Positions 15,301-28,899 of a DNA stretch of 64,000 bases are shown in pieces (within the stretch, counting starts at the first letter, position 1; the number at the start of each line of letters is the position of its first letter). Under the pieces are notes generated by a model. The model was not told the DNA's origin. It saw only the letters and a program-made list of their open reading frames with translations, and did no database searches. Origin of the DNA: Octopus vulgaris (taxonomy: Eukaryota); NCBI GenBank assembly GCA_951406725.2, contig OX597817.1:117242001-117306000 (forward strand). The letters are read 5' to 3'. A program made the translations under genes and the position numbers.

Positions 15301-15600
15301 AACAGAAAATTGTGTTATCAAAATATATTTGTTTGGAGTAGAATCATGACATACAGTCGAATACAAAAACGCATACAAACATAAAAACAATAGGACATTT
15401 TCAATCACTGTAGGGGCCATTACTCACCTCTACCAAGATCCTATAATGCTGAGTCTAACCGCCCAAGAGGATGCTATGACACTCCTTTTTTAAATAGTGA
15501 CAAATCGTACAATCAATTAGTATTCGAGTTCGATGGTTTACAAAAACCCGCTGAAAAAAAATGACACATTCAAATAGAGTAGAAGTAAATTAATTGAAGA
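12360..15600 (+). pseudogene. Heavily decayed protocadherin-like relic, copy 2 (about full ectodomain length, no large insertion seen)
   Basis: VCHQYTFNV*EEK at 12595 (EC1 start), VSVRMVK*DTF at ~12898, LVFSQ at ~13399, CDASDLP...ANVNSLILNSQN at 13936-14009 (cf. DGGxPPL...VNVINQQNNxP), FEDAK*KLIATYVKV at 14095-14139 (cf. ISEDxxxGSFIAYVKV, EC4), KYDHDSFDNLL at ~15169 (cf. SDxDSxENAFL, EC6). Many stops and frameshifts. Confidence 0.55.
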
Positions 15601-17659
15601 ACCAGTTAAATAACCTAATTAACAAAAACAAAGCCAGCAGCAATATCGAGTTCACTAATTTACTGAAAATCAACAATAAAATAAATCTTGTATAAACAAT
15701 AGAAGCAGTTGCAACTGAAGGACTAGCACTACTGAAGGATTATCTCAAAAACAAAAATTGCACGTAACAAAACAAGTAAATTTTTGTGATAGGGATATAT
15801 ATGATTGTGTTTTTGTGCATGAGTGTATGTGAAAGATACAAAGAGAGAGGGAGAGAGTGTGAGTGAGTAGGTTAGAGAGAGAGTGAGAGAAAGAGAAAGA
15901 GTCGCCTGTCACTGTATGTCTATAATGATATACAGTGTTGTTTAGTTTGGATTGTAAGAAGTTTATATTCCGAACTTAATGACTTACTAAATAGGCTTTG
16001 AAATATGCAATGGCTCAATGCCATTGACTACAGCCATTGAAGTGGTGCATCAACAAGTCCTCAGTGTATGACTCTCGTAAAATTATGTGACATTTTTAGG
16101 TACGTTAACGAATCTAAATGTTAATACGTAATGTTTAATAAGTAATTAAATCTTTTTTTCCCTACATTAAAAAAAAATTATTTTTCTTTAGAGCCTGGTA
16201 GAAGCAAAAGGAAATTTTCATGAAGTATTGAAATGTATAAAGTATCAGAACATTAAAATTTGTTCACATAAATATAAAAAGGAATGAAAGAAAATATTTA
16301 CGACTTTTTCAAATAAGCATTTAATTGTTAACAATTTCCCTTTGCATAACATATTTTACGATTCAAAATAACATAGACATATAAATATATATAACTTAAC
16401 GTCAATGTTTTAAGCAACACAGTTTTTATCTAACATATTGAGGTAAATAATTTATTTCCGCATATTCTCTCTTTTTTGGTTATTTACAATAATTTCCTAT
16501 GAAAAACTAAATAGTAAAATAAAATATTATATCGATAAAATTGATATTAAACATTCGTAAATTTACTTTATACTATTTCATATGGTTTATACATGTGTAC
16601 TTAATATTCAGAAATGATCTTGTGTTTTTCTGTGTATTTTTGTATTCTTTTACTTGTTACGTATATTTAACTGCAGCCATTATGCAACAGCGCCTCCATA
16701 GGTAAAGTCAATAACATCTGCCATAGTTCTTACACTTAAGTCTGGCACTTTTATTCTACTAGCATATATTGCCGTAGCACTAAGCAGCAGGAACGGAAAC
16801 AAACCAATAGTGGATTTCAGAAACAAACAAAAAAAGCAATCGTATATTCAGACAGAAAAACATATTTATCAATGAAAAATTCTTGAATGTTATCAAGTGA
16901 ACTAGGAATTGAAATAACACGCAATAAACAGATAACTGTAGAACGATTATACTTCACCAAAGCAAAAATTGTAATTATACATTTAAATATTTTAGTAAAA
17001 TATGGTTTGCGAAAGAGCTTCTTTCAACCAAAATGCCTTCCCAAGCCATCGATAACACCTACAACGTAGTGGGAATGAAACCAAATCCGTGTGGTTACTA
17101 AATCAGCTTCTTAAACAGAATAGCCATGCCAGCCTACACACACATCCACACACACAGGTACACGTCCCTATTCGCCATTATATACATATGTATGTATGCA
17201 TGCATGGATACATGATGGATTCTCTCATCAGGAACGTCAAATGGGTGTGAGGTAATCATGTTTTATGGACACGAATGCGTCTTTTGAGGCCTGATGGTGC
17301 CTTACAAACCTTTTGGCAAATGAAACAAGTTGAGGACTCATTTTGTTCGAGTGTTTGTGGATCATTTACTATATGTTTCCTTGAGTTGACTGCAAGGCCT
17401 GCTTTGCCTCGTGCCACAAAACCACAATGTCAGATACGGTTTCCACTTAGAGGAGCAGAGTTTTTCCAACATGCCTTCATGTTTGCACGAAGTTTGTCCC
17501 GACGTTGGAGTCGACTGGATGCAGGTCCTGCGTGTCTAATGTTATGTTTACCCAGGAAGAAAAGGGAACGTTGCATCGCTTCCGAATGTCTTATAGTTTA
17601 TCTTTGAAGCGCAAAAGTTGCCTTCCAACTGATCTTCATATTAGGAATACGTAGATATG

Positions 17660-17694
<35 letters not shown>

Positions 17695-17719
17695 GTTTTT
17701 TTTTGTGTGCGTGTGTGTG

Positions 17720-18310
17720 TGTACAGCCTAAACTGAAAGAAGCTCGTCATATATATGTTATATAAAGACCCCTTTCGGTCAGGAATGAGCATGGGATTGA
17801 CTCTAGGAAGTTCCTCTCCGATGCACAAATCTGGGCAAGGTTGTTTGTGGAAGACCAGCAGTCACCCATGCATACACGTCTCCCCTCTCCACGCCACCGA
17901 TGTTACCCAAGGCCGATACACCTTGGCACCAGAGGCTTCGCAACTCATTTCTGCACGTAAGTGAACTGGAGTAACGTGAAATAAAGTGTCTTGCTCAAGA
18001 ACACAACACACAAGTCGGTCCAGGAATCGAATTTACTACCTCATGTTTGTGAGCCCGACACTCTAACCATTCTACTACGGCCTTCATATAAATATGCATG
18101 TGTGTGTTTGTGTGTGTGTGTGTTTATTAAAGGTTTCGGTTGTCTCTGCAGCACGACCGATGTTGGTGTGTTTATGTCCCCGTTACTTAGTGGCTCAACA
18201 CAAGAATCAATAAATGAAGAACCAGGCTTAAAACAAATGATATTCAGTCAAACAAGTCTCCGAGTTCGTGCACCAGGTTAGCTGCAGTCTAACTAAAAGA
18301 CCACGTAAAA
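17720..18310. mobile_element. Adjacent SINE fragments in opposite orientations
   Basis: gtgaactggagtaacgtgaaataaagtgtcttgctcaagaacacaacac (antisense CORE-like head), followed by gatgttggtgtgtttatgtccccgttacttag (sense 3' half of the 47.9 kb family). Confidence 0.65.
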
Positions 18311-18959
18311 TGTAAAAAGTAATATATAAATATGCATATGTTTATACACACACATATATATACATATATATGAATTTATATATCCATGTATGTATATATA
18401 TGTATTTTTATGTTCATATACATATTATATATTACATTGTATGTTTTTGTATTCTCTCAGTAAAATTAATGCTTAAGTTATATTTTAAATGCAATGAAAT
18501 CTATTTTTAGTTTTCATTTAAGATAAAAGAGTTTCTGTTAAACCTTAACAGGATCCACGTAGAGGTTTTACATAAAATATCAGAACCTCAAAATCGTTTT
18601 ATGCAGTTTAGATAGAAATGAAGAAAATATCTGCATTTGTCGAACAAAAATCCTTAGAGTATGTTTACAAATTCCATTTGATTCAAATGTTTTAAAATTT
18701 ATGACAACATAAAACTGATATAAAACGTATTAACGTCAGTGTTTGACTTTGCAACTAAAGATATGTTTTAAGTTTTACAATTTATAGCGGATGATTTATA
18801 TACTTTTATTTAGCTTCATTGTCTTTTGTTTTATCTTTTGTCTGTTTCAAAACGATTCCATGAAAATTCAAATTCTGAAACAATTATTACAGTATTAATG
18901 CTGATTGCAAAGTTTCAGTTTCTTTTCACGCTGCTTGTACTATATAAGACAGACATGGC

Positions 18960-19111
<152 letters not shown>

Positions 19112-19278
19112 AGAGTAGTTGTATACTGTCAACTTAATGCGACAGTCCCATGAAGGGAATCACACCACTGCTATTTAGCCCTAGGAAGCATCAACGCGTC
19201 CTGTCGGCCTTGACATATTTCCTGTGTCCTTATGTTTAGAAGGAAGACACAAGCACAGCCACCCAGCTAAGCCTGCAG

Positions 19279-19318
19279 CCAGAGACTAGTTTCTGTGTCT
19301 TGCTCGTCATCAGTCTGG
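19279..19318 (-). ncRNA. Minimal type I hammerhead-ribozyme-like motif
   Basis: Minus strand reads CCAGA-CTGATGA-cgagcaagacaca-GAAA-CTAG-TC-TCTGG: perfect 5-bp stem I, both core boxes, GUC cleavage triplet and palindromic helix III (ACTAGT). Stem II pairs poorly. Confidence 0.65.
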
Positions 19319-19499
19319 AGTAGCATGGCCTTTTCTTTTATTACGCTTATTACAATCAAACATAGAAAAGACAGCACAAGACACTACAAACATTTAAAAT
19401 GTTATTTAGCGTGTTTTTTATGAAAATATATTAAAAATTTACTCATATATATTTTTTTTGATTTTGATATTACTTCATTTTACCTTTTATTAAGTTCCA

Positions 19500-20150
19500 A
19501 CGGTTACACCTTTTCTTTTTACCATGGATGGGTTAAGTATGGACACTCACTCCCAACTTCCTTACCACATCTTTCCATCATTCCTCATATGCTCTTTTCG
19601 ACAGGTGCCTTCTCTCCACTCCTATCTTGCTTTTCAGGTGGTACCTGAAGTAATATAGCATTCCAGGGCCAGAGATGAAGGCCCCTGACTTCAAACCTTG
19701 CATTCTAGTTCTTCATGCACACTCATTCATAACTGCGACTGTACATAGAAAACAAGCCTTACCTTTCTTAGATAGTCCGGTGGGCGGTACATTCTTAATC
19801 ACAGACTCAGTTGAGAGCTGTACTCTTCCCAAGTGCGACAACATGTGTTCTACGTAAAGTGTCTTCTCTGAAAGCTGGGTGCACTGTACAAGAGCGTGCA
19901 GGATAGTTTCCTTATCCTGTCCGCATCTTGGACATTCGGGTGGCACTGAAATTCTGTGCGTGGACAATTTCTCGTAAAGAGGTAACGCATTCCTTAAACA
20001 CTGCCAGGTCAGGGATCTTTGGTAATTGTCCAACTACCACGCCCTGAACGTGTTCCGAAATAGGTTGGATAGCTGGTCCCCATCGAGTCCCAGAGTCTCT
20101 CTTAGAACATCGCCACTTTTAAACTCTACCAACCCGCCTTGTGGATTAGC
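19500..20150 (-). mobile_element. L1/Tx1-group LINE ORF2 C-terminal fragment (zf-RVT region)
   Basis: ORF 19713..20033(-): SLTWQCLRNALP...CPRCGQDKETILHALVQC. Confidence 0.85.
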
Positions 20151-20707
20151 GTAAGTGTCTGCCGACATTCTCTTTGCCATTCAGTCGAATTTGTTTTTCT
20201 AACAAGAGGACGCACCGCCACAGTACTACCTTGATGTACGAGAATACTTAGTTAAGATTTGCAAGGATACTGGATAGTTTGAAGAGGTACAATTGCGTTC
20301 TGCGCCCGTTTTTCTGATTTAATTCCTGCTAGACTTTACTTATGCGGTACCCTGAGAGATGTCATGTATCACAGCAAACTGGTTACACCAAACAGCCGTT
20401 CAAGGAGCCGGTTGCAGCGACATGCTCATCATTCCACTGGACACCTTGACCAACGTAGCCCAAATAGCAGATCAGCGGAGTAATGAGTGATTGGGTCATA
20501 ACAGCTACCGCTTTGAGCGCCTCTTGTAATTGCATAGATTAAAGATAACTTCTTTTAATCGAGATGCCTAAATGAATTTAGTATAAAAATATTTTAATAC
20601 GTTTTTCTTTTCTTTGAGTGTGTATACATTTCTTTGGTGACCTCTGTACTCACATACACACAAACACACGCACAAACACACGCACACATACACTCACACA
20701 TATATAT

Positions 20708-21095
20708 TTTTTTATTCTTTTACTTGTTTCAGTCGTCTTGACTGTGGCCATACTGGAGTTAGTCTTTGTAAGCCCGGTACTTATTCTGTCAGTCCATTCC
20801 GCCGAACCGCTAGGCTTCGGGAACGTAAACACACCAACATCAGTTGCCAAGCGATGATAGAAAACAAATACAGACACAAACACAAAATTTATACACATAT
20901 ATATATATATGTATGTGTGTGTGTGTGTGTGTGTGTGTATACAATGGTGTTTCTTCAATTTTCGTCTACCGAATCTACTCATAAGTCTTTGGTCAGCTGG
21001 AGGCTATAGTAGAAGATACTTGCCCAAGGTGCTACGCATTAGGATTGAACCCCGAACCATGTTGTTGGGAAACAACTTCCTTACCACACGGCCAT
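20708..21095 (-). mobile_element. tRNA-derived SINE with internal (CA)/(TA) microsatellite
   Basis: Reverse complement of the 47858-48260 element (cttttacttgtttcagtc...gccgaaccgcta...acttgcccaaggtgc...ttaccacacggcc). Confidence 0.85.
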
Positions 21096-21197
21096 ATATA
21101 TACATGTGTGAGAGAGAAAGAGAGAGAGTATGTGTATATGAATGTGCGTGTATATATACCATTCTTTCTCTCCTCTATCTCTTTCTCTCTCTCTCTC

Positions 21198-21239
<42 letters not shown>

Positions 21240-21249
21240 ATATGCTTCA

Positions 21250-21660
21250 GCCTTGAGGCTGCAGCCAGATTGGGGCACGGCAAGTGTAATCCCCTTTTAA
21301 TTAGCCAATTAAAAGGTGATTTGGGTTATCTAATATTATATATTATGGTTATATATCTAATGGATTGGCTTTTGGCGAATAAGGAGTTCGATACCGTTAC
21401 CCTCTTTTGAGTTTCCTGTCTTGATATTGGTTCATCTGGGATCTTGGATAGCCAGAGGTCAAGCTGTTTCTTGAAAACATCTAATCCCTCTCCATTGAGA
21501 TCCCTCAGATGTTTTGGCAATGAGTTAAATAGATGTAGGCCTTTGAATCCCAAGCTATTGCAGTACATTATCTTCGTCTTAGATGACAGAGAGCTGGGAT
21601 ATTTGGAACAGTGTAGTGACGTCCATTTCAAAGCCTGATATAACTATCAATTCCAAAGTT
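21250..21660 (-). mobile_element. CR1/L2-group LINE 3' end
   Basis: ORF 21326..21631(-): CNSLGFKGLHLFNSLPKHLRDL...FKKQLDLWLSKIPDEP, a typical ORF2 terminus. Confidence 0.8.
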
Positions 21661-21689
21661 TTTTGCCAGCCCATCCAGTATCTTTCAGA

Positions 21690-22180
21690 CATATATTGCA
21701 GCATAAATCTCCTGTCTTTGCTCCAGGGAGTACAGTCGTACCTCTTGCAGTCTCTCCTAGTAGCTCTGCCGCTCCATTGATGCAATCTTCCTCGTGTAGT
21801 ATCGCTGAACCGCTACAAGGTCTGCTATTACTCCTACAGTGTAAGGTGACCCCCAAGAGCAGTACTCCAGACGCCTGAGGACCAATGTCCTCCATATGAT
21901 GAGCGCAGGTTCCTGATTCCTATTTTTGAAGTCTCCCTGTTGCGAGGAAGCTCTGGAAGAGAACCTGAGGTGGTCTACTTAGAGCTCCTTTGCAGCGTGT
22001 TCAGAAAAGCGTATACTTCAAAGCTTGACCAGACGATTTCGTCTCGGAAGCGACCATGTAAATGTTAGATGCACAACGCGCATTTCAGCGCATGCAGCTT
22101 GTTAATGCCACGCACTCGGCTCGCTTTTTACAAGAAACTGCTCCACCCAGTTCGAAGTATATAGAAACAACGGATAGAAA
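21690..22180 (-). mobile_element. Decayed LINE fragment, probably Tx1/L1-like
   Basis: GC-richer block with broken ORFs next to LINE fragments; only weak peptide resemblance. Confidence 0.4.
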
Positions 22181-24694
22181 ACTTTTGGAGACGACCACTG
22201 CACACTCCTTTGCAAAAGTATCCTTTTATTTTATTCAATAGATTTGCCTCTCAGATTCACACACTTATTACAGCAGTCGTCTTTCAGTTTTTCTACGCCC
22301 TGTAAAAGAATTCAGAAGGTTGGGCCTCCAGCTAGGCCTTTCGCGATACACGTAAAGCCAGAAACCTTTTCGCACTCCCTTGTATACATTTCAAATTACG
22401 TAATAAAAGCATTTATACATATACTCATTAGTCTTTAAGTGAGGCGTTTTGTTCAATAATATAGCCGTGCAACACATCTTAGTCAAATGAGCTCTGTGCA
22501 CGATATTACCAACTAAAGCTTGAAGATTGTACCACAACACGAATCCAGTAAAAATAGACTTAAGTATAATACATTTTACGCATGTTAATTCTCAATACGT
22601 ATATTAATAGGTATTTAATGCTATTTTTAGTTTACAACGAAAACATTTTTCTTTAAGCATAAGAGAAGCAAAGAGTGACTTTTTAATGAAGCATTAAAAG
22701 TTATGAATAATAAAACATTGAAATTAATCAATGCGATTTAAATACAAATGAAAAGAAACATTTGCAATTGTCTTTAAAAAACATTAAATTATGTTTACAA
22801 ATTCCGCTTGCATCACATGTTTTATTATTCAAAACAACATCAATATATATAAAACATATCAACAACAGTTTTAGTGCTGAAATTAAAGATATGATTCAAA
22901 CATTACAGTTTCTAAGAGATGGTCGTAAATGATTTAATATTTCTTCCTTTTTTTTTGTCTATTTATTTATAGATGTTTGCAATCAATTTAATGCAATGTG
23001 TACAAAAAATAGTACAAATATCGTCAGAAAATTGATTTTAAAATTTCGAAATTTTCACTCGCTAGTATTTGTTATTCTTTACATCATTATACATGATGTG
23101 TGTGTGTGTGCGTGTCTTTGTGTGTGCCTGTGTTTACACATACATAGTGTGCAGTGGAATGATCTTTCATGACATAGGATTGATAAAAAAAACTGTCTCA
23201 CATCTAAATCAAACATAGATCATCTATCTTATCTCATATATTCGGAGTGGTTTAGATGTTCATTCGAAAAAAATGTAACCAAGTTCGATTTTCTTGTAGG
23301 TTCATGTGCAAGGACTTTTTTTATTGAATCAATACATATATTTAAATCAATATAGATAATTTCAATTATATATTCAAATATATCCTGAACAGTGATATTT
23401 GGAAGATTGCCATTTGAACTATAATTGTTGCAAAAGAGAATATATTACTGTCATAATAAATATATTCGTGCAGAAACTGAATATTCTCTCTTTGTAGTTG
23501 TACACACTACAATTGCTACTACATTCGTCATACGCATTCACTTTTGCAGCAGTAGTCACTTTATTTTTGAGATATTTTCTCTACTAGTCAGCTTTACACA
23601 GTCTCATTTGACTCATTTTTTCTTAAGGGGTCAGTGAGCTTTGCGTTCATATTTACATTCAGATTGCTTGCAGTACTTCTGTGTGTCTGATTGTATTTGA
23701 TGATGTGCGATCTTACACTTCCCAAACAAGCACAGTTGATCATAATTGATTTTTACATACTTAAAGAAATAAATTTGTATTTATGTAGAGTTGTGGATAA
23801 TATCCTAAAATGTTTCTTGTTTTAGTTTTTAGCCCGATCTCTACTATATAAGCGATTTAACTATCTTAGATTTCGATTTCTTTCATCAGTATATGTTGGT
23901 GTGAGCTTTTTTATGCATTTCACATTGTTAATAAGACCACTTCTTTTTGAAGATAGGAGTAGCTTTAAGGAATATTTTATATTCTGAGGGTTATCTAGGT
24001 ATAAGTCAGATCTTATTCTGTTACGAGTGACTTTGTCCTTATTTATGCATATATTTTCTTGCTTACTCCTTCGTCTACAGTGCTATTTTCTAATGTTTTG
24101 ATATAATTTGTTATAATTAAAAAATTGTTAATATCAAGTATCTGATTATTATAAGTTTTATGTTGAATTCTTTAAAAAATGTTAAGTTTTCTTTTTTAAT
24201 TATCCTAAATCAGATATATCTGTTCCAACGTAACTCTGAACTGATACGTACGACAGATGGATTCAGTACAAAGCAACCGAAAATTAACCTGCACAAAATA
24301 AGAAAGAGATTCTTACATTTAATAACTATATACCTGTAATTTAAGATTGTGAATGTTCTTTTTGTATTTTTGACCATCCAGACGACTTTAACAACGAATA
24401 GGTGATATTTTACAATTTTCAATTTGGTAAGTTGGTATTCGCTTTTAATTTCCATAAAAATTAATCACATAATTGTAGTACTACAACCGCTGTATTGTGA
24501 TAGATTTGTGTTTCTCTTTTGGCGGTTGGAGGTCACTAAATAGAACCGATGGAGGAGTTTGCATTTTACGTTAGACTTAAAATTGACGCGTTTTTTTCCT
24601 TCGGTAAGGAACTAACATTTCTCATAAGCTTTCTTATGATCTAGATAAAAGGTTGATGAAATGTGCAGTTTTGTATAACTCTCTCAAATTTTGT

Positions 24695-24885
24695 ACAAGG
24701 CCAGCAATTCTGATGGAACGCATAACTCGATTCCTGTGCTCAACTGGTACTTATTTCCTCGAACAGAAAGGATGAAAGGCAAAATAAACATCAATAGTAT
24801 TTGAACTCAAAATATAAAGAACCGGAAGATATACCGCGATTTCTTTTCGCCACGGTAAAAATTCTGCCAGCTCACTGCTTTAGTT
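24695..24885 (-). mobile_element. Meta-core SINE
   Basis: actggtacttattt...aaaggatgaaaggcaaa...atttgaactc...ttctgccagctcactgc. Confidence 0.8.
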
Positions 24886-24914
24886 TTTTTTATGACAGAT
24901 TTTCAATACGAAGG

Positions 24915-25060
24915 ATGCATAGCGGTATTTCGTTCATCAAATACCGCTGAGGTCGACTTTTAAGATCAATAGAATAAGTACCATTTGAGTTCTAGGTTCG
25001 CTGTAAACAACTTATCCCTCCCCCAAAAATGCTGGCGCAGTTCCAGAATTTGAAGCCAAT
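24915..25060 (+). mobile_element. Meta-core SINE, internally deleted
   Basis: tagcggtatttcg...ccgctgaggtcgacttt...aataagtacca. Confidence 0.65.
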
Positions 25061-27081
25061 GGTGTTCAATATGCGTTTGAAATGTTTATATTGCGCCATG
25101 TATTTCTAGCTTTTGCTGATTACTATATTTCTGTTTTAGTTTTGTATGCATAAAGCTTAAGATCTGATTTTCTTATTTTCATTGTCCCTATATATAATTT
25201 TCATCATAATATTTGCAGACACTCGCTGAATCGAATTCCTATTTGAAAATATAACTAAACACTGACATACATTACGTTGACGAGTATAACTTCAGTGAAG
25301 TTAATCGATAATGCACAATAGTATCTCTACAGTATAAAACAACAAGCATATCTACTTACAAAAGCTACAAGACCTAATTTGCTGAATAACATATCTTGAT
25401 ACGTATACTCAGCAAATATTTGTATACGTAGTACAAATCATTGTATTTTTCCCTTAATCATAAGTAAGATAACCTGGAGTTCTGCTAATGACACAATATT
25501 TTGGATTAAGCTTTCCAAAGCCCCAAACATGTAATAGTTAACCCACGATTAACCCATAAAGTGTTGGGGTTTGCAGTTACATAGCATGGACTGCTGTGCA
25601 CATATTATGAAAAGGAGACTACCATACACACATAAAAAACAAAACAAATAGTTAAAATATTATCTTAGTATATAATGATGGCAAGTTTTGCATCATCTCA
25701 AAAGTCATTAGTTGAACTATTGGTCCTTTTTGCATTCTGGAGGTTATCGGAGTGATTGAGTGTTATTAGACCCAAATAAACGCCCATGAATTAAATGCAT
25801 CTATCTCGGCTACTATCGTAGCGTGTCAACTTGTGCCTGAGGGCCACGATCGTTGCTATCGCGCTTTATGTGTTAATAAATGTTTACTGAAAACATCTTA
25901 TTCAAACTTTTTGTTCAAAATTTGATTCTTTTTCACAAATTAGGTTTTACCCTCCAAATTATGTGTACTCCGTTCCTCCTCTGACTAAAAAATGTAAAAT
26001 AATTTCAATAGCAACTTTCATTTAATGCACAACATTTTAAATAAATATCATATTTATGTAAATTTTTATTAAATCAAGAATCCAAAATGAGGCAAGGATT
26101 CACAACTCAGATCCCCTCTACATGTATTTGGGGATAAAGCAGGGCTTTATATTCTATTGGTCAATACCCCTTGATATTTTTAATGTGTATCAGATGTCAA
26201 AGTTCTACTAAAGCATATAATATTAATCAGACTACCTTGTATTACACTATCTAATAATCCAGTTATTAAAATTGCACCTCGAATTTTTTTCGGCAAGGAT
26301 AATCACATTTCCCATGAATATTTCAACATTTACAAAAGACATGGCCAAGGTGTAATAGCGCAGAGATCCAATGTCCATCTCACAAAAAAAAACAATTATT
26401 CAAATCTTCAAATAATATTTGAAGAGAAAATTAATGAAGACTACGTTTTCCATTGCGAAATGTTATTAAAAAAAGGTGAGAAGATTGACACAAGGATGTC
26501 ACCCAAAGCTATATTTTAAGCTCCAAGCTGATCGAATAAATCGGTAGTTGAAGCTGATTTCCAGCAAGGCAATGAATAGTTTGTTCTCTGCTGATGACAA
26601 TTTAGATTTTACTATGTTGACAAATTTATTACCAAATATTTAATATTTATATTATAACAAATATTTTATTTTCTGTTTCGCTACACCAGTAGTGCTAATA
26701 AATTGTCATAATCATCAACGCTACAACCAATATGTTCTTCATCATCTCCACTAACTAAAGAAAAGCTTTAAAAATTTGCTTAGTTTTTCATCAAAGAAAT
26801 AAATATTATAAAGGGATAATAATATTAATAATAATTACGCAACTGGTACGTTGCTCAGGTTTGTAAGGGAAATAACTATAAAGCATTTTTAGAGAGTTAT
26901 AGCCAAAAAATGGAAAAAAATGATGGTAAATTTTTTTGAGAGTAAAAAAGGTGGAGTTGCGTCCCCTAGACGGTTTATGTTTCTGATTCTCGACCCCATG
27001 TCGAATTTATCGATTTTTTTCAGAACTGGGGGAACTTTTCAAAATTTTCGCTGCGTTAGTTTTGAATTATGACATTGGGCT

Positions 27082-27293
27082 TAAAATTTTGCCACAAGGA
27101 CAGCAATTTTGAGGGGAGGGGATGAGTCGATTATATCGACCCCAATGTTCATCTGCTACTTATTTTATCGATCCCGAAAGGATGAAAGGCAAAGTCGACC
27201 ACAGCGGATTTTGAACTCAGAACGTAGTGACGGGTGAAATATCATTAAGCGTGTCGTCTGGCGTGCTAACGATTCTGCTAGCTCGCCACCTTA
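27082..27293 (-). mobile_element. Meta-core SINE, well preserved
   Basis: tcgatcccgaaaggatgaaaggcaaagtcgacc...tttgaactcagaacgt...gctaacgattctgctagctcgccacctt. Confidence 0.9.
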
Positions 27294-27535
<242 letters not shown>

Positions 27536-27829
27536 TAATTTTGGCACAAGGACAGCGATTTGGGAGAGCAGAAGTCGGTAATATTGATATACTGTATTGA
27601 ATGTTTGTCTCAAAATGTTTGATTCATTAAAATAAAAAAATTTCCTCGTACATCGTATGCCAAGACCCAACCATAGAACCATTCAGAACGAGAAATATAC
27701 AGACCTCCAATAGCATGTAACCTCCTCTAAATATTATTCTCAAGGATTCAGCCGCATATTTAGAGTAAACACATTTACTCAGACTTTTTGCTACTTTTAC
27801 GGATCGCCGTTTCCACCAGTAGAATTACA

Positions 27830-28560
27830 AGGCCAATGATTCTTGACAGTTATCTATTATCCCCGGTGTGAAAGTCTTCCACAACGGACCGGCCTGTTGA
27901 TCCTCGTCGAAGTCCCGAGTTTCTCCACATTTGTCCTATACAGAATGCAAGCATAGGAATCCCAATGATTGTGTTTCCTTATCGGTAAACAAGTATATGT
28001 GACCGCCTGATTATACTATTGAAATCAGGCGCTAGTCTTCGTGATTGAATTGGAGTTCCGACACCATAGACGAGCTAAAGAAAAAGTTGTAGCACAAAGA
28101 GTGACCGTGTACAGGACCAGGACGAATGGAAATCATATCGAAGTGTTCCATACCTACTGCATAACAACACTGCATCCAATATAGACTCGAGTTATAAAAT
28201 TAGACGAAACCAAGAATCATGTAAACTTGCGAACGTTCAGAGATTTTAGGGGACAAATAGCAAGCTCCCGAGAAACTAAGTAGCCAGAGGAAATGACACC
28301 ATGTACTTAGACTACAGGCACAAAATATGGCATGTTACATAGAGAGGAGAATACAAAAGAAGCGACCATGAGATTAAACAATAGATTAAACATCGGGAAA
28401 AAGAAGCAGGAGAGAAATAAAGAAAACAACACATACTATAATTAAAACTTCAAAGTCAACATTAAAATATCGCAGGGAAGATCACACAAAGAACAAAACA
28501 GGCAGTACAGCAAATCGATGCACACTGTAAAAAGAACTATAAACACAAAACAATGATGAA
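27830..28560 (+). mobile_element. Decayed 5' region of a Dong/R4-like element
   Basis: HIEVFHTYCITTLHP and KLSSQRK resemble the N-terminus of element B at 6620-6830 (KKVLKAFYHAIY...KLADVRR). Confidence 0.45.
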
Positions 28561-28604
28561 GGACATATGCCTACACAATAGATATGAATATATTGATTTA
28601 AAAT

Positions 28605-28808
28605 TTAGACACAAAGCCAGCAATTCCGGTGGAGCAGCTATGTCGATTAAATCGACCCAAGTGCGCAACTGTTACTAATTTTATCGGCCTCGAAAGGATG
28701 GAAAAGCAAAGTCAACCTCCGCAGAATTTGAACTCGGAACGTAAAGACGAACGAAATGTTGCTTAGTATTTTTGTCTTGCGTGCCGATTCTACTAGCTCG
28801 CCGCCTTT
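28605..28808 (-). mobile_element. Meta-core SINE
   Basis: cgaaaggatggaaaagcaaagtcaacctccgcagaatttgaactcggaacgt...ttctactagctcgccgcctt. Confidence 0.85.
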
Positions 28809-28899
28809 GTAAATCTGAATATATTGAAACGTATTATAATTACACGTGATATAATTCATAAATACAAAAATCAAAAAGTGACTCCTACCAGCAAATTTT

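Larger units (their letters stand above)
24200..26780 (+). pseudogene. Heavily decayed protocadherin-like relic, copy 3 (interrupted by a SINE pair at ~24700-25060)
   Basis: Start resembles copy 2 (cagatatatctgtt at 24211 vs caggatatgcatctgtt at 12361; ttcggtaag at 24600 vs 12901). FYVRLKIDA at ~24564 (cf. LYTxxxLDAE, EC1), LHVFGDKAG at ~26118, VIKIAPRIFF at ~26262 (cf. NDNAPYFxF), LKLISSK at ~26548. Confidence 0.4.

Noticed and set aside
15217-15420. Minus-strand ORF with a signal-peptide-like N-terminus (MAPTVIENVLLFLCLYAFL)
   Set aside because: Stops after 67 codons. Downstream minus frames are full of stops, and the cadherin-like remnants here are on the + strand.
22711-22932. Stop-free frame of about 70 codons within the duplicated segment
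   Set aside because: The frame is interrupted in the other copy (stops near 18710) and shows no recognisable domain. Kept only as a non-coding duplication.
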